DNA of 63,557 nt, counting the filler, from Pelomyxa schiedti (lineage: Eukaryota > Protista > Evosea): the NCBI GenBank assembly GCA_020536535.1. It is 6 parts of 6 records of this genome, joined end to end, with 100 filler letters (N's around TTAATTAATTAA, not from the genome) between each part and the next. Parts side by side here need not be neighbours in the genome. Positions count along the whole stretch, not along the records: positions 36,809 to 55,416 come from JAHLWZ010001115.1; 5 more parts are not named here. One strand, written 5' to 3'. The notes below the pieces were generated by a model. That model saw only the letters and a program-made list of their open reading frames with translations. It was not told the origin of the DNA and made no database searches. Made by a program: the position numbers and the translations under genes. Of the stretch, positions 38,003-51,300 are shown in pieces; positions within the stretch are counted from its first letter, which is position 1, and every line of letters begins with the position of its first letter.

Positions 38003-38800
38003 ATGTCGTCCCACCAAACCGCACAAATACACACCCACAAGGAAGAGCTGCCCACAATCGAGACAACAGAAACGACACAACCAACAACGAGGCCGTGGTT
38101 TCTGTCGTGGCTGGGTGACGTGGTCGTCGGACAAGGCGGCATGGTGCTGGTGACGACCTCCCCGCGGTGTGGGGGCAAGTCGGCAGCAAGGATTATGGGA
38201 TGGCACCTCGTGAGGCAGATGTGGCGCGACTGGGTGATCAGTGCAAAGAGGGTGTTCGTGATTATGGGCCGCGCCTACCAACAAGGAGACGACGATAACG
38301 AGGACGGCGCGCTCGCCTCGCTCAAGGTCGTTGTGTCACCCATAATTCTTGGATTGATCGATGTTGGGGCACTGAAGAACGATTGGGTGTGGGGTGAGCA
38401 CTACAGCGCGCATGACGACGACGACGGCTGCATCTGTGCCAAGTCAGAGTTGCCAGTCATGAGGATTCCCATAACCAAGAGAGCGAGATTCGAGAGTGGT
38501 GAGTGCAATGTGTCAGACGAGAATTGGTTGGTGGAATACCGCCTGCACCAGCACCTGTTTCTTTCCAGAACCGACGTTGCCTCAATCGAAAGCGGTGCCG
38601 CGACATCTTTTATCCTATTTGTGCCATGTCATCACTGCATGCACTGGTTTCCTGCTGTTGGGGTGTTTCTGGAGGAAATACGGTGGTTGTCAATACTCTG
38701 GATCTGTTTGATTTCTGATTTCACTGAGCACAGTGTGGGCAGTGTAAGCTTGGGTTCCTGTGAGGTGGCGCACAAGAGAACCTTCAGTTCCCTGCAATAG
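38003..38800 (+). CDS. PRCG-family protein, probably truncated; close paralogue of the 53870 copy
   Basis: RPWFLSWLG...SPRCGGKSAARIMGWHLVRQMWRDWVISAKRVFVI. Confidence 0.7.
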   Translation: MSSHQTAQIHTHKEELPTIETTETTQPTTRPWFLSWLGDVVVGQGGMVLVTTSPRCGGKSAARIMGWHLVRQMWRDWVISAKRVFVIMGRAYQQGDDDNEDGALASLKVVVSPIILGLIDVGALKNDWVWGEHYSAHDDDDGCICAKSELPVMRIPITKRARFESGECNVSDENWLVEYRLHQHLFLSRTDVASIESGAATSFILFVPCHHCMHWFPAVGVFLEEIRWLSILWICLISDFTEHSVGSVSLGSCEVAHKRTFSSLQ

Positions 38801-38829
38801 ACACACAGTTTGAGTGAATTTTTTTCCAC

Positions 38830-39600
38830 TCCAACACAAAGTGCGCCGAGGAATGGAAAATCCTGCTGTAAATACAGTGTCCAGAAGTGCGCCACTAGGA
38901 ACCCAAGTGGCGCACTTTGTGTTCCAGAACTTCCCTCAAGTCTACCTCTGATCCTTGTGTGTACTGAGTCCCTGAAGGTTGAGCTCAAGGTTGTGTAATA
39001 CCTGTTGAAACACAACTGTGATGTTTCAAATCAATTCTCAAGTGTGTATGTAATCAAACATGTTAAACTCTGTGCCACGTTCCTATACATTCGTGCATCC
39101 AGCTGTGGAGGCACTGATCTTGACCTTAGATTTTGTTTTTTTTGTGAATGTAAACTGAGCTGAATTTGGGAAGAGGGCTGGTTCTCCCTCCCACAGCAAC
39201 CGAACAACGCACCGAACAACGGGCGTACAATGACACCACTGCCAACAGTGGGAACCAACACCAGTCCGAGAACAAGACCCATCCAAAAAATCGATTTTTA
39301 TCCAAAAAAAATTGATGTGGTTCTTGCTGTTGTGTGGTCACACCGCGCAGTGAGTGATGTGGTTGCGTGTGTTGTGCAAAGGGGTCTCCAGTCTGGTGGT
39401 TTTTGTGCCAAACGGTTGCTGGGGGGCCAAGAACGACGACCCACGAATCAAATTACTTGTCGATAAGTGCGCCAACAGCGCACTTTGTGTTTTGGAAGAG
39501 GACTTTTCACGTGACCCGAAGTGCGCCAGTGGTACACTTCGGGTTGGGGGACCAAAAAATGGTCGGCGCACTTTGTGTTTTACGGAGCAATTTTCCTGTG
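38830..39600. repeat. Two clusters of the GGCGCACTT(TGTGTT) motif in alternating orientation, possibly a non-autonomous DNA transposon
   Basis: Motif copies at 38833, 38885, 38909, 39465, 39478, 39519 and 39565. Confidence 0.65.
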
Positions 39601-39675
39601 GTGTCACTTTGAACCAGTTATGCAGTCAACTCGAACGAAGGGGGAAAAAAAAAATGATTTCCTTCGTTTCATCGG

Positions 39676-40807
39676 CTACATGGTGGAGCATGGTGGTGAT
39701 GAGGATGACTTTGCGGTCGTGGTGGATGGTGGTTCCTCGTCACAGGCATGTTTGATGGCCTGCCACAGCTCCAAGAGGTTCTTGCGTGTTTTTGCTGAGG
39801 TTTCAATGTAACCATCAGCATGGCACTGCTTGACAACGTTGAGGGCCTGCCATTGTGGAACAGCACGTTCTGGGGAGTCTGATTTGTTTCCACAGATCAC
39901 AACCTGGGAAAGAGAATCAATGAGTTCAGTTGTGAGTGAGTGAAGGGAGAAGAATGAACCTTTGTGCATCTTTCTGTAACTGCTCGCACTTTTTGCACCT
40001 GGATTTTCAACACTTCCAAGCTTTTGGGGTCTGAAATGCTGAAAACGTGAACAACAACCCTGCAGTCACTGAAAAGATTTGGTGACTGAACATCAGAGAT
40101 GCGTTGAGACCATCAACAAGAGGCACAAGGGGATGCAAAATAACAACAAAAAAGGGAGATTGTTAGTGAGTGGCCAAAAAAAGGGGTCCATGTATTACAT
40201 ACACGGAGGTCTGTGTTTTCAGGAATGTCTTGAATTTGAAACAGAAGATTAGATTCAAACAACGAAGAAGGGAGTGTGCACTGGAGGGAAAATGTGACAC
40301 ACACACACCCCAAAGATACTTCCAGGCATCACAAGCGCGGCCAATGGTGTAGCACACTCTCTTGCATTGATAAGTTGTGGTTGGCACATAGTCATCAGAG
40401 AATATATCACGACTTATCATGTCAATGAGGGATGTCTTTCCAACGCTGCTAGACCCCACAAGGTACGCTGAATTCCTCCCACCACGTGAACCACTGGCCT
40501 TCTTCCTCCCTTGTTGTGGGCACCAAATCATTCCCTTGTCAACCATGTCGTGCAGTATTTTCCTTAGTTTTCTTTTTGTGTGTGGTCAACAAGGGAAGAG
40601 GCACATCTCTTCTGATGCATGCCATGCATCATACATACACACATACACACACTCAGACACATACACAGAGGCCAATGAATGGAACACCCTGCTGACGCCG
40701 TCCAGGGCTGCCAGCGTTGGGATATCATCAATTTGTCCCACAATGCTCGTGGCCGTCACGTCTGCGACAACAACCACCCCTTCGTCACTTCTACTGGATG
40801 TGGCCAT
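39676..40807 (-). CDS. Divergent Ras-family small GTPase with an F-box-like N-terminus and CaaX (CSTM); multi-intron, apparent frameshift near 40570
   Basis: GSSSVGKTS, FSDDYVPT, IQDIPE, VFSISDPKS, CGNKSD, ETSAK and CSTM*. N-terminal IDDIPTLAALDGVSRVFHSLA. Confidence 0.8.
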
Positions 40808-41175
40808 CAAAATCAAAGCACAGACAGGCTAGAAAACGAATTTGGTTCTTCTGAATTCGGCATTTCCGGTCACGTTGCACAAGAGGAGTGGACGCAAACA
40901 CTCTTTTTTTGAGTGAGAGGAAGAGATGTGCCACCTCAGGTGAAATCAGAACCTGATTTCAAAGAAAATCGTCGGAGGAAAGCTTCCCGAAACAGCCCTT
41001 GCCGTTCTTTGCACAATGTGTAGAGTATTTCTCCCCACTCTTACTATACTACTAAATACTCTACTTTACTCTTGTAAAGGAAAAGCTAAGTCACTATTAC
41101 AGCGTTGTGTAGTAAGAGTGGGAGAAGAAACTTCATGATGGTTGATGGTTTTTCATTGAAAAATTTCATGACAAG

Positions 41176-42465
41176 TTACCATAAGAAGGAGACTCTTTGG
41201 TCCAGTGATTCAATGCACCAACCAGGGGCCAGAAACTCAATTGTAGCTGCCTTGTTTCCTGATAGTGCATCTATCACTTGAAGTTGCCTGATGTCAGCAG
41301 GGCTCACCATAAAAATGAACCCACCACCTGAAACGAAGCTGCTGTCCTTGACTTTCATTCTCCTTAATGGTTTCCTTGTTGCTGTGGAAGATGATGAAGT
41401 CTCACTGCAGTCCCAGATATCCAACACCTTGATTCCCCTGTGGTAAATGCTGAACAGCGATCCACTCACCTGGCTCAGTGGAAAAGACCCAATTTCAGAG
41501 TGGAGCTGGGTGGTGTCCCCGTTTGCCTGAACAGCATACACATAACTTTTAGGCAGGACACAACAGTCAACAAGAAACACACTTTCACCGGCCCTGTTCT
41601 GCATCATAACTGATTCTACTCGTGTGGTCATGCTAAGCCACTCTGGAGTCAGTGCACAACGGGTTGTGCTCACCACTTGCAGGCTTCCTGTGGCATGCGT
41701 TTTGGCAACATCAAACACCACCAACATTGTGCCTGGTTGATCACCATCCTCCGCAATCATCACTGCACATGATGGAATCACCCTGCTGAGGTGGAATGAC
41801 TTGCCAAAATACTTATAATCAGGCAGTGGTACAATAACAGGCTGGAAATAGTCCTCACTCTCCCCCATTTCCTCCTCGTAACCACCACCCAGTCTGAGTC
41901 TCCTCACAACCAACGAGAAGCCAGCCGCTCTCCCATTATTTACACACTGCAGGCACCACTCCTGGTTAACAAAGATTGCATCAAACAAGTTCTTGTGGGG
42001 GATAAGGAGCCTCTCCCTGCTGCTGCTGCCACCCACAATTCCATTTCCGCCAAGTTCCACCATAAATATAGCATGCCCGCGAGGAACGCAGAATCTGGTG
42101 TCATCCACCCACCACTTATAACCCCCACCACGCACGTTGGTGTTCTCCAGGCAATCAACGCGACCCACAAGTCCAAGAAGCACAGGGGACAGCTTCATCA
42201 TCACCGAGATCTTGCCAAATGTGCGCTGGATGTTAACCTCCAGGACGACAGACCTCAGGCAGCCGAGGACCCAGGAGTCCCACAATTGCCTGATGAGGTA
42301 CGGGGTAAGGATGTGCGCTGGGGAGTTGGCGCCACAGCGGGGCGAGTGGCCGGCGAGGGCCAGCGCAGCCACTTGGTCTGCAGCCCAAACCCCTTGAACC
42401 ACGCGAATGTCACCAACCCGCGATTGTGGGTGTCGTTGTTGTTGTTGAATGGGCTCTTTGTCCAT
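41176..42465 (-). CDS. Intact PRCG-family protein, 429 aa
   Basis: AADQVAALALAGHSPRCGANSPAHILTPYLIRQLWDSWV followed by a beta-strand-rich region. Confidence 0.85.
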   Translation of the reverse strand: MDKEPIQQQQRHPQSRVGDIRVVQGVWAADQVAALALAGHSPRCGANSPAHILTPYLIRQLWDSWVLGCLRSVVLEVNIQRTFGKISVMMKLSPVLLGLVGRVDCLENTNVRGGGYKWWVDDTRFCVPRGHAIFMVELGGNGIVGGSSSRERLLIPHKNLFDAIFVNQEWCLQCVNNGRAAGFSLVVRRLRLGGGYEEEMGESEDYFQPVIVPLPDYKYFGKSFHLSRVIPSCAVMIAEDGDQPGTMLVVFDVAKTHATGSLQVVSTTRCALTPEWLSMTTRVESVMMQNRAGESVFLVDCCVLPKSYVYAVQANGDTTQLHSEIGSFPLSQVSGSLFSIYHRGIKVLDIWDCSETSSSSTATRKPLRRMKVKDSSFVSGGGFIFMVSPADIRQLQVIDALSGNKAATIEFLAPGWCIESLDQRVSFLW

Positions 42466-42541
42466 TGGTACCGTGATGATCAGCCTTGATCTCAGAAAAA
42501 AAAAGTGAATTTGAAAACATTCAAAACAACGTTTTGTTTGT

Positions 42542-43994
42542 TTATGTTGAGTGCAGGTCCTGTATCTTTATGTTGATGTGAAATTTGTCAGGGGAAAAGC
42601 CATTTGGGTGTGTATACGGGATCCTCTGAAAACATGTTTCCCACCTTACAAGCATTTCCAGTGTGATGATGAACTCTAGTGTGCCCATCAGTTTGTTGTT
42701 TTCTGCAGCACTGACCTCAACCGTTATCTTTTTGGCTTGTGCAAACAGCCCCCTCCGCCAAGGAGCCACGGAGATAACCAACTCAGTTGCCAAATCCACG
42801 TTGACGAGGAATGAACCAGTTGGCGTTGTGAAAATGTTGCCTCCAGTGAATTCCCAATACCCTGACTTGAGCTGAACGTCAGCAGACCGGGTGTGGTCAC
42901 AAGTGGTGACTGTATCGTGTTGAATTTAAAGAAAAGTTTTCAGGCAGTGCTAACCTTCACGAACTGCTTCCCAGAATGCATGGCAAACCGTGCGAAGAAA
43001 AGAAGAAAAGTTGGCGGGAACATATGAAATGATTTGGGTCAAAACTGGTTGAGGAAGGTCCAAAATGTGTGCACCTTTTTAGTTTTATTTTTTTGTGCCT
43101 GTTAAATTGACTATTAATAATTCAATGTGGGGCCACAAACGCACCAGAGGTAATTTGAATGTCAGAAAATGTATTCACAAGAGTTTTATCAAATATTTTC
43201 AAGACCCGGTTTCTCGGGAATAATAGCTAGTAAATTCTTCAGCTCTGTGGAGAAATATAAATATGTGTAGGTACCTTCTGTTTTATTCTGAAATCTGTTG
43301 TATTGAGAGTTTCAAGCTTGAACAGTGAACTCTGGAAATTCGGTTATAAAAAAACAAATTACTGAGTGCGGAAAAACACACACAGAAAGATTTTCCTGTG
43401 CCTGGGATTTCAATTCGGCAATTTTCCTGTCAATTTCTCCAATCAAATGGCGTTTCAGATCAGAGAGTGCCTCGTCAATTTCAGTGCTGACTGCCATTGT
43501 GGCCTTGATATCCTTATAAAAGAAAGAAAGTGCAACACGCACATACCTGTTCGGCATTAAAAGCCAGAATATCCAAGTACGCACAAGCACCCTTCACAGA
43601 TGACCTCACTCTCTCAAGGTTATGCAGGCGAATGCTGCGCACCACATTATCACCACCGGCACCATTTAAAGCATCAAGAGAAGGATTATTGCTGGCACTT
43701 CCATCGGCACATGACTCTACACCAAGTCCTTCACCGAGAGGTGTTGTTATACTGTTATACGTTGGTAGTAAAAATAAATCGTACTGACAGCAATTTCGGT
43801 AGGCCATTCACACTAAATCAACAAGACACAAAAACAACAAAACAAACAAAACAAACAAACAAACAAAGCATAGGCACACCAGTTGCAGGTGGATTTCCTC
43901 CCACAATTACGCCGCGGACGCGTGTGCGCTTGGGCCGTGGCTCCACCACTCCCTCCCCGTCGCCATCCCCTCTACAACTGCCGATACTTGCCAT
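42542..43994 (-). CDS. Multi-exon coiled-coil protein with a C-terminal beta domain (possibly MATH/TRAF-like)
   Basis: Exon-like segments MASIGSCRG..., LERVRSSVKGACAYLDILAFNAEQ|DIKATMAVSTEIDEALSDLKRHLIGEIDRKIAELK and WEFTGGNIFTTPTGSFLVNV. Exon structure is not fully resolved. Confidence 0.45.
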
Positions 43995-44112
43995 GTCGTT
44001 CAAAATTTGGGGTCGGCGGCTTCGTGGTTCCAGTGCTCGTCCAGTTCGGGTGACTTTCTCGAAAATCAAATCAGATGTAAAAACAAACAACCAGAACGCT
44101 GCTTCTTGGGTT

Positions 44113-44290
44113 TGATGTCGCACACACCAGCACCACTGTTCAATTGGGCCGCGCCGACCAAGTTGGGACCCTTGCCCTCGCCGGCCACTCGCCCCGCGCC
44201 GGCTCCCCAGCGCGCGATTGTGGGACAGCGACCAGGCTGCGCCTCCAGCTCCGCACCTCTCGACTGCGATCGCACGTAGACAACGACCTG
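44113..44290 (+). pseudogene. 5' fragment of a PRCG-family gene
   Basis: RADQVGTLALAGHSPRAGSPAR closely matches the motif of the 41176-42465 gene. Confidence 0.7.
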
Positions 44291-44592
44291 ATAAGCAAAT
44301 ACATCTCTTCTTGTAAAAATAGAAAATGATGGGACATTCGGCATCTTGCCCAGTCAGGCAACAAGTGCAACAGACACACACAGGCAACACTGATTGAGAT
44401 GAACCTCCACTTGCAGAACAGCACCAAGGTTGCTCTTCCTTTCTGGGCTTGATTCAGTTGCACATGCTCATTTAGAGCCAGACTTTCCTGATATTTAATC
44501 AATGCGGCGCGGGTACATTTGGCATTTTGCCACAAAGAATCAACCAAGTTCAATAACACAAGCAACAACAACACCCACCCACAAGTGGCACT

Positions 44593-45415
44593 GATGGAGG
44601 CAATTCATGACCATCTAATGAACGCAAACAACCACCGCAACCTCCACCGGGTCATCACCGAGATGGTCGACGGTCGCTGGGCCCTGGAGGAGCGCGATGT
44701 GGATGCAATAATCGCAGCAAAGCACACCGACAGGTACTCATGGGACCCAGATCTCACTGTTGTTGTCCAAATCCCCGGGAGCCTCCAGGCCTGCCACGCG
44801 ACCATGATTTTCAGTGTGATCATGAATTGTTGTCAACGCATTGATTCAGGGGCATACGTGCCGATTACATTTGAAAGATACCTGCACATCCCTCCGTGCG
44901 TTTCCACTCTCTTTCCAAGTTTTCTGTTTTCTTTCGTTAACTGATGAAAAAAACCATGCAGGAACACAGCGTGGTACGCGTTCCACACAACACAGGAGAG
45001 GAATTATGCAATCACTGCAATCCAGGCAGAAAATTTCCACTGCCACGCCGTCACCCCTGCCGAATTGCTGGGCCAGCATGTGAGCGTCGAGCCACTGCCA
45101 TTTCATCATCGCGTAGCGGCAATGACTGACACTGAGCTCAGGGCCAAGTTCCAGGCACTGAACTTGACGGCACCAACTGCTGACAGGCCTCTGGCATACT
45201 GGAAAAAAATTCTTCTGACCCTGATGATGTATGTGTGCCCTTGCTTCTCGTTCTTCGAAGTTCTCAGTCACTTCCAAACAAACAGAATCTGGCGTGGTCT
45301 GGCACCTGCTGTTGATCCCTGCACTGTGCTAGTGATGGATGGAGCATGTCTTCCTGGTGCTGTTGCTCCCCCTCCAGTTCCCCCCGCACTGCTTGCCTTC
45401 ATGGCAAACGACTGA
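44593..45415 (+). CDS. Hypothetical protein, 2-3 exons
   Basis: MEAIHDHL...HIPP|NTAWYAFH... is joined in frame by a GT-AG intron at ~44896-44960. No recognisable domain. Confidence 0.55.
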
Positions 45416-47779
45416 AGACTCTTCATAAAGAGCCACCACCAAAAAAACACATTTTCCTCAGCAATGTTGTTGGTTGTTTTTTTGTTGTAGGGATCGTTTG
45501 TGTACGACAGCGAACAAGCAAGCGCAGCTACTACGACGCGTACATCATTTGCCCACGCTGGACGTCGTCGTCATCGAGGTGCTAGCACCAAAAAACTTTC
45601 TTTGGTTCGAAGACAGGAATCAGTTTCAGTTCTGTTAATCATCAATACACGGAGGCATCATGCGGAGATACCGGCATCATGGTGGCGAGAGAAGAGAATC
45701 CGGCATGGTGGAATCGTGATTGCACTGGTGATACTGCGGAATCGCTTGCGCAAGCCGCACTCTGGAGGAGAATACCGGGACTGATGCGGACATTTTCGGG
45801 ACACTGGTAGCATGCATCCTGCAACAGGCTTAGTACGAAAATTATGGGAATCGTGCATACAACAACCTGCAAACGCGGGAATGCTATATATGCAGAATCG
45901 AAGCTCGGAAATCATCCAAAGCTATGTATGATTAGTACAACTTGATTTCAATTCATTTCGGTTGTATTTATCGCTTTGTTGGCTTGTATTTGCGTTTTAT
46001 TATTTGCTAATGTGCTCAGTTAATGGCTATTGAGATTATTGAATTTCACTCTATGAGAAGTAGGAATTTTCAGAATAGTAATGATATATATTATTATTCC
46101 AAGTGAGGAATATGTACCTACTAATGTTTTGGTTGCACTCTGTCTGTGCAAGTGCTCAAGGCGGACACTGTTCAAATCAGATCAGCTGAGTGCAGCAAGC
46201 ATATCATCGGCAACACCAAGGAAATGGCACCTAGTGGCATCATCAGAAAATGATACGAAGGTTAGGAGTAAACCTGATTTGGCAAACGCAAGAAGCACAT
46301 CAGCAAGCTCAAGGCATACTAGAGCATTCAATCTGCACAAGCAAGGAGCAGTCAGCAATAGCAGCAACCTTTGCTACTTTCCAGTTAGACTCATACATCA
46401 TTCATTCATGCATACTGAGTATGCATCAGAACGAATTCATTTCATGCATAACATGTTGCGGCCGCAAGAGTTTTGCGATGCTCATAGCCATAATGTGCTA
46501 TTGCATGTTAAGTCCGAATTAACATTTCACATGCCTATACTCGAAAAAAAAAAAAAGCACCTCTGAACGCCGAACACATCAACAACAGCACATCGACACC
46601 CAGACGCGTCATTCACTTCACCATCTCACAACAACGACTCGACGCCGTACATGAGCTGATACTACGCACGACGCACAACGAATGGAACGGAGCGCGGTAC
46701 TTTTTGATTTTCAGTTTTTCTGAAGAAGAGCTCTGACCCCTACATGAAGGAGGGTCATAGATGAGTGTCTCATACAGTAGATAGAATACACAAACATACT
46801 CTATGCTACCACGACCAATCTTTTGGGTGGTTCACACAAAAAGAAATCCAGCTGGGGAATCTAAGGATTGGTCTGATACTAAGAAGAATAAAAGGGGGTT
46901 AGGTGTACTGGCTGCAGCCTTTGCTTGTACCCCAGTCTCATGTCGGTTGCACTTCCGCATGGGCTGCCAAGGATTTGCAACCTGCACCAGCACCCACCTG
47001 CAGTGTTTGGCACCTGACCTCGGTTTCAAGGAAAAGTGGCCACTTTTCCTGTGAGTTTGTCACGGCGACCCACGTTGGCCAAGCTGGTGCGTCAAAACCA
47101 AAAGTCCACGAAAGCAGGGGCCCTGGTCACCCACATTCGGTGCACTGTGCCCTGTACAGCTGCGGTGGCCAGGATCACTTTACTGAGGAAAACACCAATG
47201 AGGGTCTGCACTGCAGCAGGGCTGGTGCCCTGTTGTATCACCCTATCCCTTTGGAAGCTCACTATGGGTAGTGTGTTGCTACAGCACCAATACCCACCAT
47301 TGTTTTCACTTGCAAAAACATTTTTGCTTTTACAAAAACCTTGGCCTCTTTTTTGTGTGATTTTTATGCCAATAAAGGCCAAGAGTCATTGAGACACTGA
47401 TTGAATGCCAAAGATGTGGTCTTACAACACATCAATGCAATGTTCATTGCAACCTTTGTTGGGGGAGATCCCAGATGATGTTACAATTTCCTCCACAAAA
47501 ACAGCTGTATTTATGTGTACCAGTACTTATGGGAAGGGTTGCCCCTCCTTTCAAACACTGTTCTTCGAAACTGTGAATCTGCACATTTTCAAGAAATGGC
47601 AATCTCTTATAAAACAAGGGCCAGGAAGAAATGCAGGACAATCCAAAGCTATGTCTCATTGGTACAACTCTGCTTATACATTTTGTTTGTATTTATTTAT
47701 TGTTTTATTGGCTTATATTGGTGTTTTATTAACCAGTTATTGCTGTTGAGACTATTGAGTTTCCACTCTCTTACATAGA

Positions 47780-48360
47780 CATTTTCAGGTTCGACCTGAT
47801 ACACATCTTTGCTGGTGTTGGGAATTGCTGACCTCAGTGGGTATTTTCTGAGGAGAAGAGATGAACAACCTGTGGAATCTGCAAGCAACTCATACACCAA
47901 GTCTGCATTTTATAGAGTCCGGTTTGGAAAAAAAAGAGTAACAGTAGTAACAGCAATAAATACACACTTCCCACTCAAAGCAGCTCCACCACCACTCTCA
48001 GTGAGCTGTGTAATGTAAGGAATTATATTGCAGCAAGTGGGGCCATACCAAGAACGGGATGACGCATAGAATTCACTCAAGCCGGAAGGAGAATACCCAT
48101 GCTAGTTGCTGTAACGAGGAGACAGTCCACAATAATTCTGAACGAATTTGGCAAACCATCCCAAGTCACTTTGTATCCTGGGATTGATTCCTGTTGGGCA
48201 ATGACAGATAGGAATTGCAACGATCCTGGACATACCACAAGGCTTTATGACTTGAGGATAGGGATCGCTTTTTGAGGTGCAGGATCACCCTGATTCCATC
48301 AGCACCAGTAGTTCTTCAGCACATCTGAACAGCTGAAGGAATTGAGTCCGCATGGCTAGA
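47780..48360 (-). pseudogene. Heavily decayed TKL-type kinase remnant
   Basis: Fragments FRCAEELLVLME, PQVIKPCG and vSxxxTSKDVY sit in kinase order among many stops. Confidence 0.35.
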
Positions 48361-51300
48361 TTTCATCTCACACAAACCTGGAATAGTTTCTTGTACTCCA
48401 CACAGCATTCACATTCAGTTAGACTCTTAAGTGATTCCACCAATTTCCAATCAATACTACCAGAGACAACTCAATGCACCAATATAAGTTCAGCCAGCTT
48501 TTGTGATACGAAAACAAATTTGTGGTTTCCCTGGAGCTTAGTCTTATCTCTGTCTATAAACATTCAGTTCATTAAAGAATAATTGTGATCACCTTGTCGT
48601 CATGTGCCATTCTGTAAATTTACAGATGAAGTTTCAGACAGTGAACATGCCGGTTGTTGTCCATCTCCTGCTTAGATCACAACACTGGTTTATGTACAGA
48701 CTCAATCTGACAACCAGTGTAAGCATCTTCTCGTTGTCAATGGACTCGGCCTCTTCAGTCCCTCTTCCAGCAGTATCGTCAGAGGTAAGCATGGTCGCCG
48801 GGCACAGCAAAGGGGATTGTGATCCGCCGGTGACGGTGTGACCACAACACCCCTACCCCGACGTCGTTTTTCTGCCCTGGCTGTTCCTTGGTGTGAGTCA
48901 CAGCACATGTGTGCCAAGGCACACCGGGTGGCTGGGCGCTCCAGCACCCCACCACGACACGACGACGGTCCTTGGGTGTGATGCGCACAAATACCCAAGA
49001 TCACAACCTCACCATTGGTGTGGCATGTGAGGAAGGCTGCATCCATGGATAACCAACCGCAAATAGCTTGGCTCTCTTCTCCTCTGAGGAGGCAACCTGG
49101 CAGGCTGTCTCCAACGATGAAATTTGTATGGGATCCCCCCAGGAAGGTGGAAATCAAATGCCCTTGTGTGCAATCAGGGTTAAGAGTCCCCCAAGCATTG
49201 AGAGCGAAGGAGTTACCTGCTTGGGGAGAGGCCACCAGCGAAAGAGACATGTCGAGTCAGCAGCCAGGGGGAACACCAAAATCTTGGCGATAGAGAAATC
49301 GGGGATAAACCAGCAGGAAGAATGCGGAGATTGATGCAAGATTTGCTGGCAAGAAAGTCAAATTGTGCAGCACAATCCTGAGATGGAAACCTGATTGTAG
49401 AGCTGTCAGCCAAGCAGTACGCGGAGGTGACGTACAATTGCCGGAATGATATCTGATGTGGAATCTGTGCAGACCGAGATGTGCGGGGCGTGCCAATACT
49501 TGGAATCTCTGGTGTGGGCAAGCAGCAAGGATATGAAAGGCAACAACAAGGACTGCCTACGACTCCATCAATCAAAATAATGTGTGAGGGCAACAGTGAC
49601 ACCTTTCATGCACCAAGGCAGTTCAGCCATTATCCACATCAGCATAGATCGGCAAAAGGATAACAGTCTGGGAAGAGCACAAAGACCATCAATTGGCACC
49701 GCCGCATCAACATAAAGAGCAACCCGCCACCGCAATACATAATACCACTGGCAACATAACAGTTTTACACATATAGCCACAGAGCCGGAAACAAAAACCA
49801 GGCATTCAATCTTTTGCGTCTGATTGTAATAAATCCGAGGCAAGCTCTGAGGAAGTAAATATACCTGGCAGTTGCCAAGCACCTTCAGCTCAGCAGTGAG
49901 AGCGATACAGCAGTAGTGTTATTACGAAAGCCAGAAACAAGAATACTGAGGCGTGAACAAGGCATCATTTCCAATCATATGTAATGCACACGCTCTCAAC
50001 CCTGGCCAATGCACAAGTCAGACCAATTTATACTCCTTTCAATTGCACATACCGGAGAAAAGCCAAACACACAGCTCAACAGCCAATGGCACTTGAGAAG
50101 CTGCAACTGGATCATTGGCAACACCCAAGGCAATGGCAACCGATGGGCAGAAGCAGAAGCTGCTCCAGCAGAACCCAGGTAGAACTGCTGAAGTTGGATC
50201 ATTGATTTCAAAACAAGAGAGCAACACCTAAAAATGGATTAGAAGAACACAACAGGATACAGTGTACCCACCATTTGGGGGATACTTGGCTGAGATAAGC
50301 CGAAGCCCAAAGCGATAGTGCTGTAAGAAGCCACTGAGCTGGCTGAGAGTAGGTGGGGGGAAAAAATACCCCCCATGGCAACTGAAATAACAATAAAAAA
50401 AAAAGCCTGGACGTGTGTGTGGAAAGGGAGTGTGAGAGGCAAACATAAATAAAATTGTGAGTTGGGAAATATTCACCTTGTTGTCTGCACCCAAAAATGC
50501 CATGGGTTGGGAATTTCCAAAAGGTGAAGAGGAAGAGAGGGGGGAATGATGGCAAGTGGAAGGAACAGTGAACCACAAGTAGTACGCGCACGAAAGCGTC
50601 CCCTTCCTTATCCAAATTTTTCATTTTTGGCGGATCTCTGGCGGTTTCGGTAGCCCCCGCCACAAGCCGCTTCCCCCCTCACTCTTTCTTTCCTTCCCCT
50701 TTTCTGGTTCAGTGTCACCACACAACCTGGCCTTATTTTTTGTGGTTGGGAAGGTGAGTGAGTGGAGATCAGATCATCGTCATCATCATACTTTGCGTTG
50801 CTGGTGGCCAAAGCCATGGCAAATGGCAATGTGCACAGATATCAGCAAGCAGAGTCTGATCAAGGTCACATAAAGTGGAAAAAAGAAAAGAAAAAATAAG
50901 CCATGGAATTTTCTTGCTGCTTCTCTCAGTATCCTCTCTCGCTCTTTCTTCCACTGAGTGCAATTTTTGGGATCTATGTGCGTTTAAATGCTTTATATTA
51001 TAACGGAAGGCAAAGACCTTGGTGATGATTTCGGAAATGAGCTGGCAGTGAGGGTTCCTGATGTTGCTGACTCACTAAAAACATCGCTGCTGACTCGCTC
51101 ACAGCCTCACCTTATCCCCAGTCATCACTCCCGATATTGTTGTGTTGCAGCAAACCTCGCTCTGTCGCTCCCAATGTCGCCTTTGCACTCTTTACGTTGT
51201 AAGTAGAGTGGGGATGCTGCCGGGCAGTAGGTGGTGAAGGAACCAAGAGAGTGGTGGAGAGCAGGATTGGAGAGTGAAGAGGGAGAGGCGTGGGGGGAAG

